Notes under the pieces: model-generated
Databases searched by the model: none
What the model was told of the DNA's origin: nothing
Seen by the model: the letters and a program-made list of their open reading frames with translations, nothing else
Translations under genes and position numbers: made by a program
In this document: positions 28,602 through 38,377 of the stretch, piece by piece
Layout of the letters: every line of letters starts with the position of its first letter
How positions within the stretch are numbered: the first letter of the stretch is position 1
NCBI GenBank assembly: GCA_017464565.1
Contig: JAFTZH010000008.1
Location: 66,485-130,484, forward strand
Direction of reading: 5' to 3'
Length of the DNA: 64,000 nucleotides
DNA from: Clostridia bacterium
GTDB lineage: Bacteria > Bacillota > Clostridia > Oscillospirales > CAG-272

Positions 28602-29393
28602 TTAATATTGCGCGGTCAGCTCGTCAAGCGTGCCGAAGCGAAAGCCCTGCGCTTTGAGCTCTTTTATAACGTCGTCCATTATCTCGGCGTTGGTCGCGGA
28701 CGTGGGGTGAAGTAAAATAACGGCACCGTTATGAATATTGTCGGTAATTTTTTTCATTGCATCCTCGGCGGACATTTGATTTGAATTGTCCCAATCGGCG
28801 TACGCAAAGCTCCAGAATACTGTCTTATATCCGAGCTCATAGGCATACTTCATAGAGGTCTCGTTGAATTTACCCTCGGGCGGACGGTAATATTTTGACA
28901 TCTCGTACCCCGTGTATTCCTTATATAAGCTCTCCAGCGAGTCAAGCTCGCTCTTAAATTCTTCTATATTTTTTACCGAGGTCATATCCTTATGACGGTT
29001 GGTATGATTGCATACGGTATGCCCCTCCTCCGCCATTCTCTTTACCAGCTCGGTGTTCTTCGTTATAAGATTTCCAAGTATAAAGAATGCGCCCTTAACG
29101 TCCTCTTCCCTGAGAACGTCGAGTATCTTCTCCACATTTCCGTTCTCGTATCCCGCGTCAAATGTCAGATATACCACCTTATCCTCACTCTCGTCTCCGT
29201 GGACCTTGTCTATATAATATCCTCCGTATTGCTCGACCACCTTAAGCTCTGGAGCGGCGGTTGGCTGCCTGTGGTCCTTGTTCCGCGTGCAATACCAGCT
29301 TATAGCCTTATCGTTTACGGCAATAATATTTATTATAAACGATACCGAAAGCAAGGCGGCGAAAACCGAAAATATCGTTTTTTTGAATTTCAT
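28602..29393 (-). CDS. pdaA: PdaA-type polysaccharide deacetylase (delta-lactam-biosynthetic de-N-acetylase-like)
   Basis: YLTFDAGYENG and CNHTNRH motifs plus an N-terminal anchor. Start taken at ATG 29393 (AGAGGGAAAATAT upstream), not the longest ORF. The symbol rests on motif similarity only. Confidence 0.8.
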   Translation of the reverse strand: MKFKKTIFSVFAALLSVSFIINIIAVNDKAISWYCTRNKDHRQPTAAPELKVVEQYGGYYIDKVHGDESEDKVVYLTFDAGYENGNVEKILDVLREEDVKGAFFILGNLITKNTELVKRMAEEGHTVCNHTNRHKDMTSVKNIEEFKSELDSLESLYKEYTGYEMSKYYRPPEGKFNETSMKYAYELGYKTVFWSFAYADWDNSNQMSAEDAMKKITDNIHNGAVILLHPTSATNAEIMDDVIKELKAQGFRFGTLDELTAQY

Positions 29394-29563
29394 ATATTTT
29401 CCCTCTCTTTGTTTTTCATTGCGTATATTTATTTTTCTACGCCGCCGCAAAATATAAACTTGAAAAAAGTGCGTCTTTTGTAACCGAGAGGAAAAGCAAA
29501 AAACGCGGTTCATTCGTTATACCAAACAAACCGCGTTTTTTTATTTTTTATAAAAATATCTTT

Positions 29564-30445
29564 TTAAAACAGCTTTTCCGGATATTTGCCCGACTCGTGC
29601 ATCTTTCGCAGCTCTCCCGCGACGAATGGCTTATCCTCTTTATAGGTAACTCCGAACCACACCGAATCGGTAGAAAGCACGCTAACCGACATACGAGAGG
29701 TCTTAATGAACTTGTCTACCATAGTGGGAAGCGCGTATTCAGCCTTGATATCTCCGTCGGCAATATTCGCGAGGAATTCACGGAAGCTTTCGTCAGCCTT
29801 CTCAAATACGGACGGAACGAAGCCCCACATATTCATAGAAACGAGGGTCTCTCCGTCAAGTATTCCCGCGTCAGCGTCCTTGATAACCCCATCGTCGTCA
29901 ACGGTTATGCTGTACGTTTCCTTTACGTCGGTAAGCTTACCGTCCGAAACGCTGCATACTCCGCGCGTTACTGCCCCGTTCCTGCTCACCGTGTTTTTCA
30001 GACGATAAGCGACCATAGTACCGTCCTCCGCGCCAAGCCTCTGAAGCTCGTCGTACATAACTCGAAAAGCGTCCGAGCCGTAATAATCGTCAGCGTTTAT
30101 TATGGCAAACGGCTCCTTTACCGCATCTCTCGCGCACAGAACGGCGTGTACCGTGCCAAATGGCTTTACTCTGTCCGAGGGAACGGTATATATATCGGGA
30201 ATAGAGGAAAAATCCTGATAAGTAAACTCTATATCGGCGTCCTTTATACCCTTGCAAAAGCCTTCTATCAACTCCTTATGCTCGGGCTTTATTACGAAAA
30301 CAATCTTGTTGAAGCCCGCCTTTATCGCGTCGTATATCGAGTATTGCATAAGTATCTCGCCGTGAGGCCCTATTCCGTCAACCTGCTTGTTGCCGCCGTA
30401 TCGCGAGCCAAGCCCCGCCGCCATTATAAGTAAAGTAGTTTTCAT
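29564..30445 (-). CDS. sugar-phosphate nucleotidyltransferase family protein
   Basis: N-terminal LIMAAGLGSRYGG nucleotide-binding loop. 293 aa. Confidence 0.78.
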   Translation of the reverse strand: MKTTLLIMAAGLGSRYGGNKQVDGIGPHGEILMQYSIYDAIKAGFNKIVFVIKPEHKELIEGFCKGIKDADIEFTYQDFSSIPDIYTVPSDRVKPFGTVHAVLCARDAVKEPFAIINADDYYGSDAFRVMYDELQRLGAEDGTMVAYRLKNTVSRNGAVTRGVCSVSDGKLTDVKETYSITVDDDGVIKDADAGILDGETLVSMNMWGFVPSVFEKADESFREFLANIADGDIKAEYALPTMVDKFIKTSRMSVSVLSTDSVWFGVTYKEDKPFVAGELRKMHESGKYPEKLF

Positions 30446-30528
30446 AGTGTTATACCTTTCATAGATTTAATTTCTTACGTTATTTTACCACGTTTCTTCC
30501 CAAAAGTCAATATCATTGCGAATACTCA

Positions 30529-32388
30529 TCACTGATCGAATTGAGAATTGTAGAGTGAATAATAAAATCCCTTCTTTTCCATAAGGCTTTCGTGGTTTCC
30601 CTGCTCGATAACGTCCCCGTCCTTTACGACTAGTATCGTGTCGGCGTTCTGTATCGTCGAGAGTCTGTGAGCGATAACGAAGCAGGTCCTTCCCTCCATC
30701 AGCTTATACATAGCCTCCTGCGTCTTTTGCTCGGTTCTTGAGTCAACGTTTGAGGTCGCCTCGTCAAGTATCAGCATAGGCGCGTCGGCAAGCATAGCCC
30801 TCGCTATCGTTATAAGCTGTTTGTGTCCCTTTGAGATATTCACTCCATCGTCGGAAAGCACGGTGTCGTAGCCGTCGGGAAGCGATTCTATATAAGAATG
30901 AATACGCGCCATTTTCGCGGCGTTTACCACCTCCTCGTATGTGGCTCCCTCTCTTCCGTATGTTATATTGTCAAATATAGTACCGTGGAACAGCCATGTC
31001 TCCTGCAGCACCATAGTATACGCCGCGCGCAGACTGTCCCGCGTTATTTCCCTTATCTCTTTGCCGTCAACCGTTATCTTGCCTCCGCCAACGTCGTAAA
31101 AGCGCATAAGGAGATTGATTATAGTGGTTTTTCCGGCACCCGTAGGTCCCACGATAGCGATAATATTTCCCTTTTCGGCGCGGAGAGAGAGATCCTTTAT
31201 TATAGTTCTTTCGGGAGTATATCCGAATCTGACGTGCTCAAGCTCCACCTCGCCTTCAACGCTCTCCATAACTTCGGCGTTCTCGGCATCCGTCGTCTCG
31301 GGAGCTTCGTCGATAACGGCAAATACCTTTTCGGCTGACGAGCAGGCAGACTGCAAATCGCTCACGATATTCGCAAACTCGTTAATTGGTCCCGCAAACT
31401 TTCTCGAATACTGAACGAACGCCGAAACGCCTCCGAGAGTTATCGTAAATATAGGAAGTATAGCCGTTTCCCCCGATTGATTGAGTATATGGAATAGGTA
31501 AAATATACCTCCGAGCGTGGTTACGAGAGAGAGCGAGAAGTTGTTGATGAAGTTTACGGTAGGTCCTACTACCGCCGCGTGATATTCCGCCGCGTAATAA
31601 GCGTCCACCGCGTCGAGATTTTTCTCATCGAATCTCTCGGTTATAACCTTTTCCCTGTTATATGCCTTTATCGTCTTTTGTCCCGACAGCATTTCCTCGG
31701 CGTATCCATTAAGCTCGCCAAGCTTCTGCGAACGCTTTCTGAAAAGAGGTCTCGTTTTTCCCGACCTGTATTTGGTATAAATGATAGACATAGGAACGGT
31801 AAGCGCGAAGACCGCTATAAGCACGGGAGATATCGACACCATCATAACGAGTGAGCCGACGACGGTAACGATACTCGCGCATATCTGAAGCAGATCGTGA
31901 GAAAGCGATGCGTTCACGGTATCTATATCGTAGGATATCCTGCTTATTATCTCTCCCGTAGCGTGAGTGTCGAAATACCCCACGGGAAGCTCGGTCAGAT
32001 GCTCGAAAAGCTGTCGGCGCATAGTATAAACGATCTTCTGGCTGAGCTTTACCATAACTACCGCCAAAACGTACGACAGAACGGCGGAGAGAAGATAAAA
32101 GACGAGCATCAGGGCGCAGTAAAGTGCCACCTCGCTTATATTTACCCTTCCCGCTCCAAGCTCAATTGCGTCTATCGCCTTCTGCGAAAGCTTCGGCGCG
32201 GCAAGCGCCAATACGTTGGAGACTATCATCATCAGAAAGCAAAGAACGACCGTAGGCTTATGCGCAAGAAGATATTTTGCTATTCTTTTGAGTACGGCTA
32301 TCTTCACCGTCTTGCTCGGCGCGGTATTCTGTGCCGTATTTTCGCCCGCATTTTTTCGGAAGTCCATTTTCTTATTCAAGGAATGCAC
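30529..32388 (-). CDS. ABC exporter, fused permease/ATPase (heterodimer partner B)
   Basis: Six-TM exporter domain followed by GPTGAGKTT, an LSKGHKQL-type degenerate signature and ILDEATS. Confidence 0.9.
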   Translation of the reverse strand: MHSLNKKMDFRKNAGENTAQNTAPSKTVKIAVLKRIAKYLLAHKPTVVLCFLMMIVSNVLALAAPKLSQKAIDAIELGAGRVNISEVALYCALMLVFYLLSAVLSYVLAVVMVKLSQKIVYTMRRQLFEHLTELPVGYFDTHATGEIISRISYDIDTVNASLSHDLLQICASIVTVVGSLVMMVSISPVLIAVFALTVPMSIIYTKYRSGKTRPLFRKRSQKLGELNGYAEEMLSGQKTIKAYNREKVITERFDEKNLDAVDAYYAAEYHAAVVGPTVNFINNFSLSLVTTLGGIFYLFHILNQSGETAILPIFTITLGGVSAFVQYSRKFAGPINEFANIVSDLQSACSSAEKVFAVIDEAPETTDAENAEVMESVEGEVELEHVRFGYTPERTIIKDLSLRAEKGNIIAIVGPTGAGKTTIINLLMRFYDVGGGKITVDGKEIREITRDSLRAAYTMVLQETWLFHGTIFDNITYGREGATYEEVVNAAKMARIHSYIESLPDGYDTVLSDDGVNISKGHKQLITIARAMLADAPMLILDEATSNVDSRTEQKTQEAMYKLMEGRTCFVIAHRLSTIQNADTILVVKDGDVIEQGNHESLMEKKGFYYSLYNSQFDQ

Positions 32389-34096
32389 CTCCTATCTGCG
32401 ACTCGCTTATCTCTCTGTAAACCGAACAGCGCTCAAGAAGCTCTTCGTGCTTTCCCATACCGATAATCCTTCCCTCGTCAAGAACGATTATCACGTCGGC
32501 GTTCATAACAGAGCTTATTCTCTGCGCCACAACGATAGTCGTAGTTCCCGAAAGCTCGTCCCTGATAGCGCGGCGGAGATTCGCGTCGGTTCTGTAATCG
32601 AGAGCCGAAGATGCGTCGTCAAGAATAAGAATCTCGGGCTTTCCCGCAAGTGCTCTCGCTATAAGCAATCTCTGCTTCTGACCTCCGCTGACGTTGGTAC
32701 CCTTTGAGGTGAGAGTGTGCTCGTACCCGTCGGGGAATTTCTCTATAAATTCGGAAGCATGCGCAAGCCTTGCCGCCTCATTTATATCACTCATAGAAAG
32801 CTCCCGTCCGAAAGCTATATTGTCAAAGACACTGCCCTGATAGATAAAGTCGTTCTGCATAACTATGCCGAATTTCGTATGTATCTCCTCGGCGCTCATC
32901 GTTCGGATATCCCTTCCGTCTATCCGTATGCTTCCCGAAGAAACGTCGTAAAAGCGCATAAGAAGCTGTATAAGCGTAGTCTTTCCGCTTCCCGTAGCAC
33001 CGATTATCCCAAGCGTCTCTCCGCATCCGAGAGAAAAGCTTATATGCGACAGATTATCTTTTTTGCCGATATAAGAAAAGCTTACGTCGTCAAACTCAAG
33101 ATACCTTCCGCCCTCGCGTGAAGGAAACTCCGCCTCGCTCCTCTGCGTTATATCTTCGGGAGTTCTCACGACCTCCTCTATTCTCTGCATAGAGGCGGCT
33201 CCTCTCGTATAGTTTACGAATATTCTCGTAATACCTATCATCGCGTTCGAGATTATCGTAAAATACTGAATAAAGGCGATTATCTTTCCCGGCTGGGTGA
33301 GATCGGAATTTACCCGCAGAGCGCCCACGAGCACAACCGCGACGAGTCCGAAGTTAAGTATAAAGGTAACGACGGGATTGGAAGCCGCCATAGTAACGCT
33401 CGCCCGCGTCTCGTCCTCGACGAGACGCTTGTTTGCCTTATCGTATTTCCTGCGCTCGTAATCGCTTTTGGAGAGCGCCTTTATAACGCGTATGCCCTGC
33501 GAATCCTCTCTTACTATCCTTATCATAGAATCTACCGACTTCTGACTCTGCTTAAAGAGCGGTATTCCCTTTTTCGTAATAAAGAAAACCGATACCGATA
33601 TAAGGGGCATAACCACGAGCATAATAAGGGTGAGCACGGGGTCAAGCGTTGCCGTAACTATTATTCCTCCAATAAGAAGCAGAGGCGCGCGGACTCCCAT
33701 TCTCATACTCATACCAACGAAATGATGAACGTGGTAGGTATCGGAGGTAAGCCTTGATTCAAGGCTCGGCACGGTAAACGCGTCTATCTGCGCCGCGCTG
33801 AGCGTCAGTGTTCTCGAAAAAAGTCTGTGCCTTATACTTTTCGACGTATTTCTCGCCACACGCGCCGCCATACGATTGGCAATTATATTGCCCGTCAGCG
33901 CCGCAAGGGCGCAAATTATCATCATAACGCCCCAAAAAACTATATCCCCAACGTTTCTGTCAAGTATAACGTAGTCAAGAATATAGCTTAGTATATACGG
34001 TATCGCAAGCTCCACGAGCGTGCCGGCGGCTTTGATAACGAGCGCCGCAGATATAAAAAGCCTGTACGGCTTCAGCGTTTCAAACAGAAGCTTCAT
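32372..34096 (-). CDS. ABC exporter, fused permease/ATPase (heterodimer partner A)
   Basis: GATGSGKTT, VSGGQKQRLLIARAL, ILDDASSALD. Overlaps the downstream partner by 17 nt. Confidence 0.9.
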   Translation of the reverse strand: MKLLFETLKPYRLFISAALVIKAAGTLVELAIPYILSYILDYVILDRNVGDIVFWGVMMIICALAALTGNIIANRMAARVARNTSKSIRHRLFSRTLTLSAAQIDAFTVPSLESRLTSDTYHVHHFVGMSMRMGVRAPLLLIGGIIVTATLDPVLTLIMLVVMPLISVSVFFITKKGIPLFKQSQKSVDSMIRIVREDSQGIRVIKALSKSDYERRKYDKANKRLVEDETRASVTMAASNPVVTFILNFGLVAVVLVGALRVNSDLTQPGKIIAFIQYFTIISNAMIGITRIFVNYTRGAASMQRIEEVVRTPEDITQRSEAEFPSREGGRYLEFDDVSFSYIGKKDNLSHISFSLGCGETLGIIGATGSGKTTLIQLLMRFYDVSSGSIRIDGRDIRTMSAEEIHTKFGIVMQNDFIYQGSVFDNIAFGRELSMSDINEAARLAHASEFIEKFPDGYEHTLTSKGTNVSGGQKQRLLIARALAGKPEILILDDASSALDYRTDANLRRAIRDELSGTTTIVVAQRISSVMNADVIIVLDEGRIIGMGKHEELLERCSVYREISESQIGGAFLE

Positions 34097-34628
34097 TTAA
34101 AGTTACCGTTCCTTGCGTCTCAACGAACGAAAGCTCAAATTTCGTCCGCTCGGCTTTAGCGCCTCTTATTTCTATTATATAGTCGAGCTTCAAACGCCCG
34201 TCGGTAAGTATACCGTTCTCGACCGTCAGCGTTTTTACGCATATTTCAAATGGCATTATAGGCGTATTGTAAACGCAGTGATGCCTCTTTCCTTTTTCAA
34301 ACACGAGCGCCGTGGATACGGTTCCGTCACGCATCATACTGACCAGCCCCGCCGAGTCCTTCTCAAAAGAAATAGAGGTTTGCGAGCCTTCCATTCCCGT
34401 TATCTCACTCTCCTCATACACGAGCTCGACTCTCTTTTCTCCGATATTTATAACTCCCTCGGTATTCAGCTCTATTATCTCCTCGTCGTCAAAAAGAAGC
34501 TCGTCTCCGAAAAGCTCTATATCCGGCTCATCGCTTTCGTCGTATTCGCTCGCGAGCTTTGAAAAAAGCGAGCCCTCAACGTCGTATCTCTGTGATTTTA
34601 TCTTCATTTTTATATCTTTGCTCATCAT
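34080..34628 (-). CDS. DUF1934 (YwiB-like) beta-barrel protein
   Basis: Acidic N-terminal half, then ...ALVFEKGKRHHCVYNTPIMPFEICVKT...LDYIIE..., typical of DUF1934. Start taken at the ATG preceded by GGAGGATATGATAGT. Confidence 0.65.
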   Translation of the reverse strand: MMSKDIKMKIKSQRYDVEGSLFSKLASEYDESDEPDIELFGDELLFDDEEIIELNTEGVINIGEKRVELVYEESEITGMEGSQTSISFEKDSAGLVSMMRDGTVSTALVFEKGKRHHCVYNTPIMPFEICVKTLTVENGILTDGRLKLDYIIEIRGAKAERTKFELSFVETQGTVTLNEASV

Positions 34629-34887
34629 ACTATCATATCCTCCGTCTCTCTTTTTAATTTTACCATTTTCAGCTTTATTTGTCAATGAATAGATAGACCG
34701 TTTGAAATTTTATATCCAAAGCTTTAACGAAACAATAAGCAAAGATAACGATTCGTTAAAAAAATGTTTTCATTTTAGCAAAAAACAAACAATATCAATC
34801 GACTTTTTTTGTGCTAAAATAATATAGTATTTTAGTTTTTTTATAAAACTAATTTAAGAAATATCAAAAAAGAAAGTGTCATAAAAA

Positions 34888-35640
34888 ATGCTTCGTTTTA
34901 TCTACGTAATAATAATGCGGATATTTTCTATTATGTATTTCGTTCCGAAAATGGCGCATTACGCCAAGCACCCCGAAAAATACTCGGAGGAGGATTGCTA
35001 TAAGCTCGCCCAAGGCGTAATCCGCCGAGTAAGAAAGACCGCGAGAGTTACTACCGAATATTACGGTACCGAAAATCTTCCGCAGGAAAGCGGATATATA
35101 ATGTTCTCCAACCACCAAGGAAAATACGACGCGCTTGGAATTATGGAGGGACATAAAAAGCCCTGCTCGGTTCTTATGGACAGCAAACGCTCAAATATGT
35201 TTATAGCAAAGCAGTTCATCGACCTGCTCAAAGGTCAGCGTATCGAGAAAAACAATCCCCGCCAGCAGATACGCGTTCTCGGAAATATTGCAAAGGAGGT
35301 TGAGGAAGGCAGAAACTACCTCATATTCCCCGAAGGCGGATACGGTAAGAAAACCGACAACTCCCTCGCGGAATTCAAATACGGCTGTTTCTACTGCGCG
35401 CTCAAGGCAAAGTGTCCTATCGTTCCCGTGGTCGTGATAGATTCCTACAAGGCGTTTGGAGTCAACTCGCTTAAAAAGGTCAGAACGAAGGTAATATACC
35501 TGCCCGCAATACCCTACGAGGAATTTGCTCATCTTAAGGCTCCGCAGCTCTCCGAGCTTGTAAAAGAAAAAATAGCGGCGGAAATAGAAAAATGGGAAAA
35601 TGAGCCAAACGCTTTAAAAGAAAAAGTGAAAATAAGCTGA
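34888..35640 (+). CDS. plsC: 1-acyl-sn-glycerol-3-phosphate acyltransferase (LPLAT family)
   Basis: HX4D motif (NHQGKYD) and an FPEGG motif. Confidence 0.85.
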   Translation: MLRFIYVIIMRIFSIMYFVPKMAHYAKHPEKYSEEDCYKLAQGVIRRVRKTARVTTEYYGTENLPQESGYIMFSNHQGKYDALGIMEGHKKPCSVLMDSKRSNMFIAKQFIDLLKGQRIEKNNPRQQIRVLGNIAKEVEEGRNYLIFPEGGYGKKTDNSLAEFKYGCFYCALKAKCPIVPVVVIDSYKAFGVNSLKKVRTKVIYLPAIPYEEFAHLKAPQLSELVKEKIAAEIEKWENEPNALKEKVKIS

Positions 35641-35646
35641 AATTAA

Positions 35647-35677
35647 ACATCCCGACGGTCATCGACCGTCGGGATGT
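35647..35677. terminator. bidirectional terminator between plsC and rnfB (ACATCCCGACGGTC-atc-GACCGTCGGGATGT)
   Basis: Perfect 14-bp inverted repeat between convergent stops, with a T-rich stretch 3' on the plus strand. Confidence 0.75.
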
Positions 35678-35684
35678 TCTGATT

Positions 35685-36530
35685 TTATACGTTTGCCGTC
35701 TCGCTGTCCGCGGCAACGTATCTGTGAAGTCCGCTGAAATCGGATATCAAAATACAGCCTACGGGACAGTTCTTCGCGCACTCCTCGCAGTTGATACATT
35801 TATCGTAATCTATACGAGCAAGATTGTCAACTACGGTAATGGCGCCCACAGGGCAATTCTTTTCACATTTCTTACAGCCTATACAGCCGTTGGAGCATTT
35901 CTGCCTTACGACAGCGCCCTTTTCGGTATTGTTACAGGTAACGAGAACTCTCTCTACGTCGTCCATAACGGTTATAATCTTCTGCGGGCATTTTTTTTCG
36001 CAAAGTCCGCATCCGACGCATTTTCTCGTGTCTATACGAGCTATTCCGTCGCTTATACAGATAGCGTTCTGCGGGCATACCGAAACGCAGTCGCCGAGTC
36101 CGATACAGCCGAAACCGCACTTTCCGTCTCCGCCGTAAAGCATTTTAGCCGCCTGACAGCTCTGTATTCCGACGTACTCCATTTTTTTAGAGGTATGATT
36201 GCAGTCTCCGTAGCAGTGTATAACCGCAATTTTTTCAACGACGTCCTCGAACTCGACTCCGAGTATCTCCGATATCTGCTTCGCCACCGCGTCGGCACCG
36301 GGTATACAAAGATTCGTCTTTATTCCATCTTCTTCGGCAAGAGCCTTGGCGTATCCGTCGCAGCCCGCGTATCCGCAGGCACCGCAGTTAGCGCCCGGAA
36401 GGCACTCGCGTATCTTCCCCGCTTTTTCGTCCTCCTCAACTCCGAAGAATTTTGAGGCGACGACGAGCACGACGGCGCACAGAAGTCCGATAGAACAAAC
36501 TACTATAACGGCAAGTAAAATAGGATTCAT
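35685..36530 (-). CDS. rnfB: Rnf electron-transport complex subunit B (polyferredoxin)
   Basis: N-terminal TM, then multiple CxxCxxCxxxCP 4Fe-4S motifs. Last gene of the rnfCDGEAB order. Confidence 0.92.
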   Translation of the reverse strand: MNPILLAVIVVCSIGLLCAVVLVVASKFFGVEEDEKAGKIRECLPGANCGACGYAGCDGYAKALAEEDGIKTNLCIPGADAVAKQISEILGVEFEDVVEKIAVIHCYGDCNHTSKKMEYVGIQSCQAAKMLYGGDGKCGFGCIGLGDCVSVCPQNAICISDGIARIDTRKCVGCGLCEKKCPQKIITVMDDVERVLVTCNNTEKGAVVRQKCSNGCIGCKKCEKNCPVGAITVVDNLARIDYDKCINCEECAKNCPVGCILISDFSGLHRYVAADSETANV

Positions 36531-36542
36531 CTAGGCACCCCC

Positions 36543-37136
36543 TTACGCGAACAATCCGCCGACCACGCCCGTAAAGCCGGTGAAGGAAAGCGCGACTATC
36601 GATGCGGAAACGAGAGTTATGGGCAAGCCCTTAAAGGCTTCGGGGGGATTGGCGTTTTCAAGCCTTGAACGAACGCCCGCAAAGAGAACCATAGCGAGCA
36701 AAAATCCAAGACCGACGCCGAACGAGTTGACCATAGATTCTATAAAATTATAGGAATCGTTGATATTGTTGAGCGTAACTCCGAGCACCGCGCAGTTGGT
36801 GGTGATAAGAGGAAGATATATTCCGAGAGCCGCGTGAAGCGCGGGAATATATTTTTTGAGTATTATCTCAACGAGCTGGACGAGAGAAGCGATAACGAGT
36901 ATAAACACTATCGTCTTCATATATTCAAGATCGTATTTTGCGAGAATAAAGGTATGTATCGGCCACGTAACAGCCGTTGAGAGAAGCATAACGAAGATAA
37001 CGGCGGTTCCCATTCCCACAGCCTGATTGAGCTTTTTGGATACCCCGAGGAAGGGGCAAATTCCAAGGAATCTCGAAAGAACGTAGTTATTTACGAGAAC
37101 GGAGGTCATAAGTATAATTAAAAGCGATTTCATCAT
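36543..37136 (-). CDS. rnfA: Rnf complex subunit A
   Basis: 197 aa, six TM, FLGICPFLGVS motif. Confidence 0.92.
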   Translation of the reverse strand: MMKSLLIILMTSVLVNNYVLSRFLGICPFLGVSKKLNQAVGMGTAVIFVMLLSTAVTWPIHTFILAKYDLEYMKTIVFILVIASLVQLVEIILKKYIPALHAALGIYLPLITTNCAVLGVTLNNINDSYNFIESMVNSFGVGLGFLLAMVLFAGVRSRLENANPPEAFKGLPITLVSASIVALSFTGFTGVVGGLFA

Positions 37137-37822
37137 TTTTCCTCAACCTCCTCAGTTTTCTTGCAGGACGCGCGCTTTCCGCAGACAGCCGCAGACGGAC
37201 AGCCCTCACATCCGAAATCCTTTTTCTTAACTCCCTTGCCGTGAGTTGCCTTGTTCACTATCGCGATAAGACAGCCGAACACGAAGAAGCCTCCGGGAGC
37301 GAGTCTGAAGATAGCTATGGGGTTATCCGAAAGCCACGGTATCTCAAAGCCGAGCCACGAGCCGCTTCCGAGTATCTCTCTTATCGTAGACATAATGAAC
37401 AGAGCGAGCGTAAAGCCGACTCCCATTCCGAGCGCGTCTATTGCCGAATCTATTACGTTATTTTTGCTTGCGTACATTTCGGCGCGTCCGAGAATTATGC
37501 AGTTTACGACTATCAGGGACAGGAATATTCCAAGCGCCTCGTACAAGTCGGGAGCGAAAGCGTGCATAAGCATCTCAACCATAGTTACGAATCCCGCTAT
37601 AAGAACGATATAGCAAGGTATTCTTACCTTGTCGGGTATGACCTTTCGCAGAGCCGAAATTACCATATTAGAGCAAAGCAGAACTACCGTCGCGGCAACT
37701 CCCATTCCGAGCGCGTTTCCGACGGACGAGGTTATCGCAAGAGTGGGACAAGTACCCAGCACGAGAACGAGCACGGGATTTTCTTTAATTATTCCTTTCA
37801 GAAAATTCTGAAGCTTCGACAT
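37133..37822 (-). CDS. rnfE: Rnf complex subunit E
   Basis: 229 aa, LGTCPTLAITS motif. Paralogue of RnfA. Confidence 0.92.
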   Translation of the reverse strand: MSKLQNFLKGIIKENPVLVLVLGTCPTLAITSSVGNALGMGVAATVVLLCSNMVISALRKVIPDKVRIPCYIVLIAGFVTMVEMLMHAFAPDLYEALGIFLSLIVVNCIILGRAEMYASKNNVIDSAIDALGMGVGFTLALFIMSTIREILGSGSWLGFEIPWLSDNPIAIFRLAPGGFFVFGCLIAIVNKATHGKGVKKKDFGCEGCPSAAVCGKRASCKKTEEVEEK

Positions 37823-38359
37823 TTACCTTCCCTCCTTTGCGAACTCGTACGCTTCAAAAGCGTCTGCAACAGCTTCTATAAAAGCGCTTGAGGATATCGT
37901 TGCTCCCGATATGGCGTCAACTCCTTCAAGCTCTTTATTCGAATTTACAAAAGCGTCAAGGAATGAGGCTTCACTGACCTTAGTTCCTATTCCCGACGTC
38001 TCACCGCTGCAGGAGACGACGTGGCATTTCGTAATTTTTCCCTCATTGTCTATTCCAACGGCTATAACCATAGGGTTTGAACTGTCGTATCCTTTTGCGC
38101 TGAGCATAACCGCGTATCCGCCGCCCGAAACGTCGGAATAGATTGCGGTAACTGTCTCGGGAAGCTCGCCTTCCTCCGCCTCTACCCGTGTAAAGTCGGT
38201 AGCGTCGGGCAGAACGAGGTACAGCGCTTCCTTTTCAGCCTCGGCATTCGCCTCGGCTATCATAGGCGCCGTAACGCTGTTTATCGCGCCCATAAGAGCG
38301 GCGGTGACGAGACATATAACGGTTATGACTATTATACTTTTAAGCGAATCTTTTTTCAT
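37823..38359 (-). CDS. rnfG: Rnf complex subunit G (FMN-binding)
   Basis: N-terminal TM plus an FMN_bind domain carrying a DAISGATISS flavinylation motif. Confidence 0.9.
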   Translation of the reverse strand: MKKDSLKSIIVITVICLVTAALMGAINSVTAPMIAEANAEAEKEALYLVLPDATDFTRVEAEEGELPETVTAIYSDVSGGGYAVMLSAKGYDSSNPMVIAVGIDNEGKITKCHVVSCSGETSGIGTKVSEASFLDAFVNSNKELEGVDAISGATISSSAFIEAVADAFEAYEFAKEGR

Positions 38360-38377
38360 ACAGTCCTCCCGTTATAA

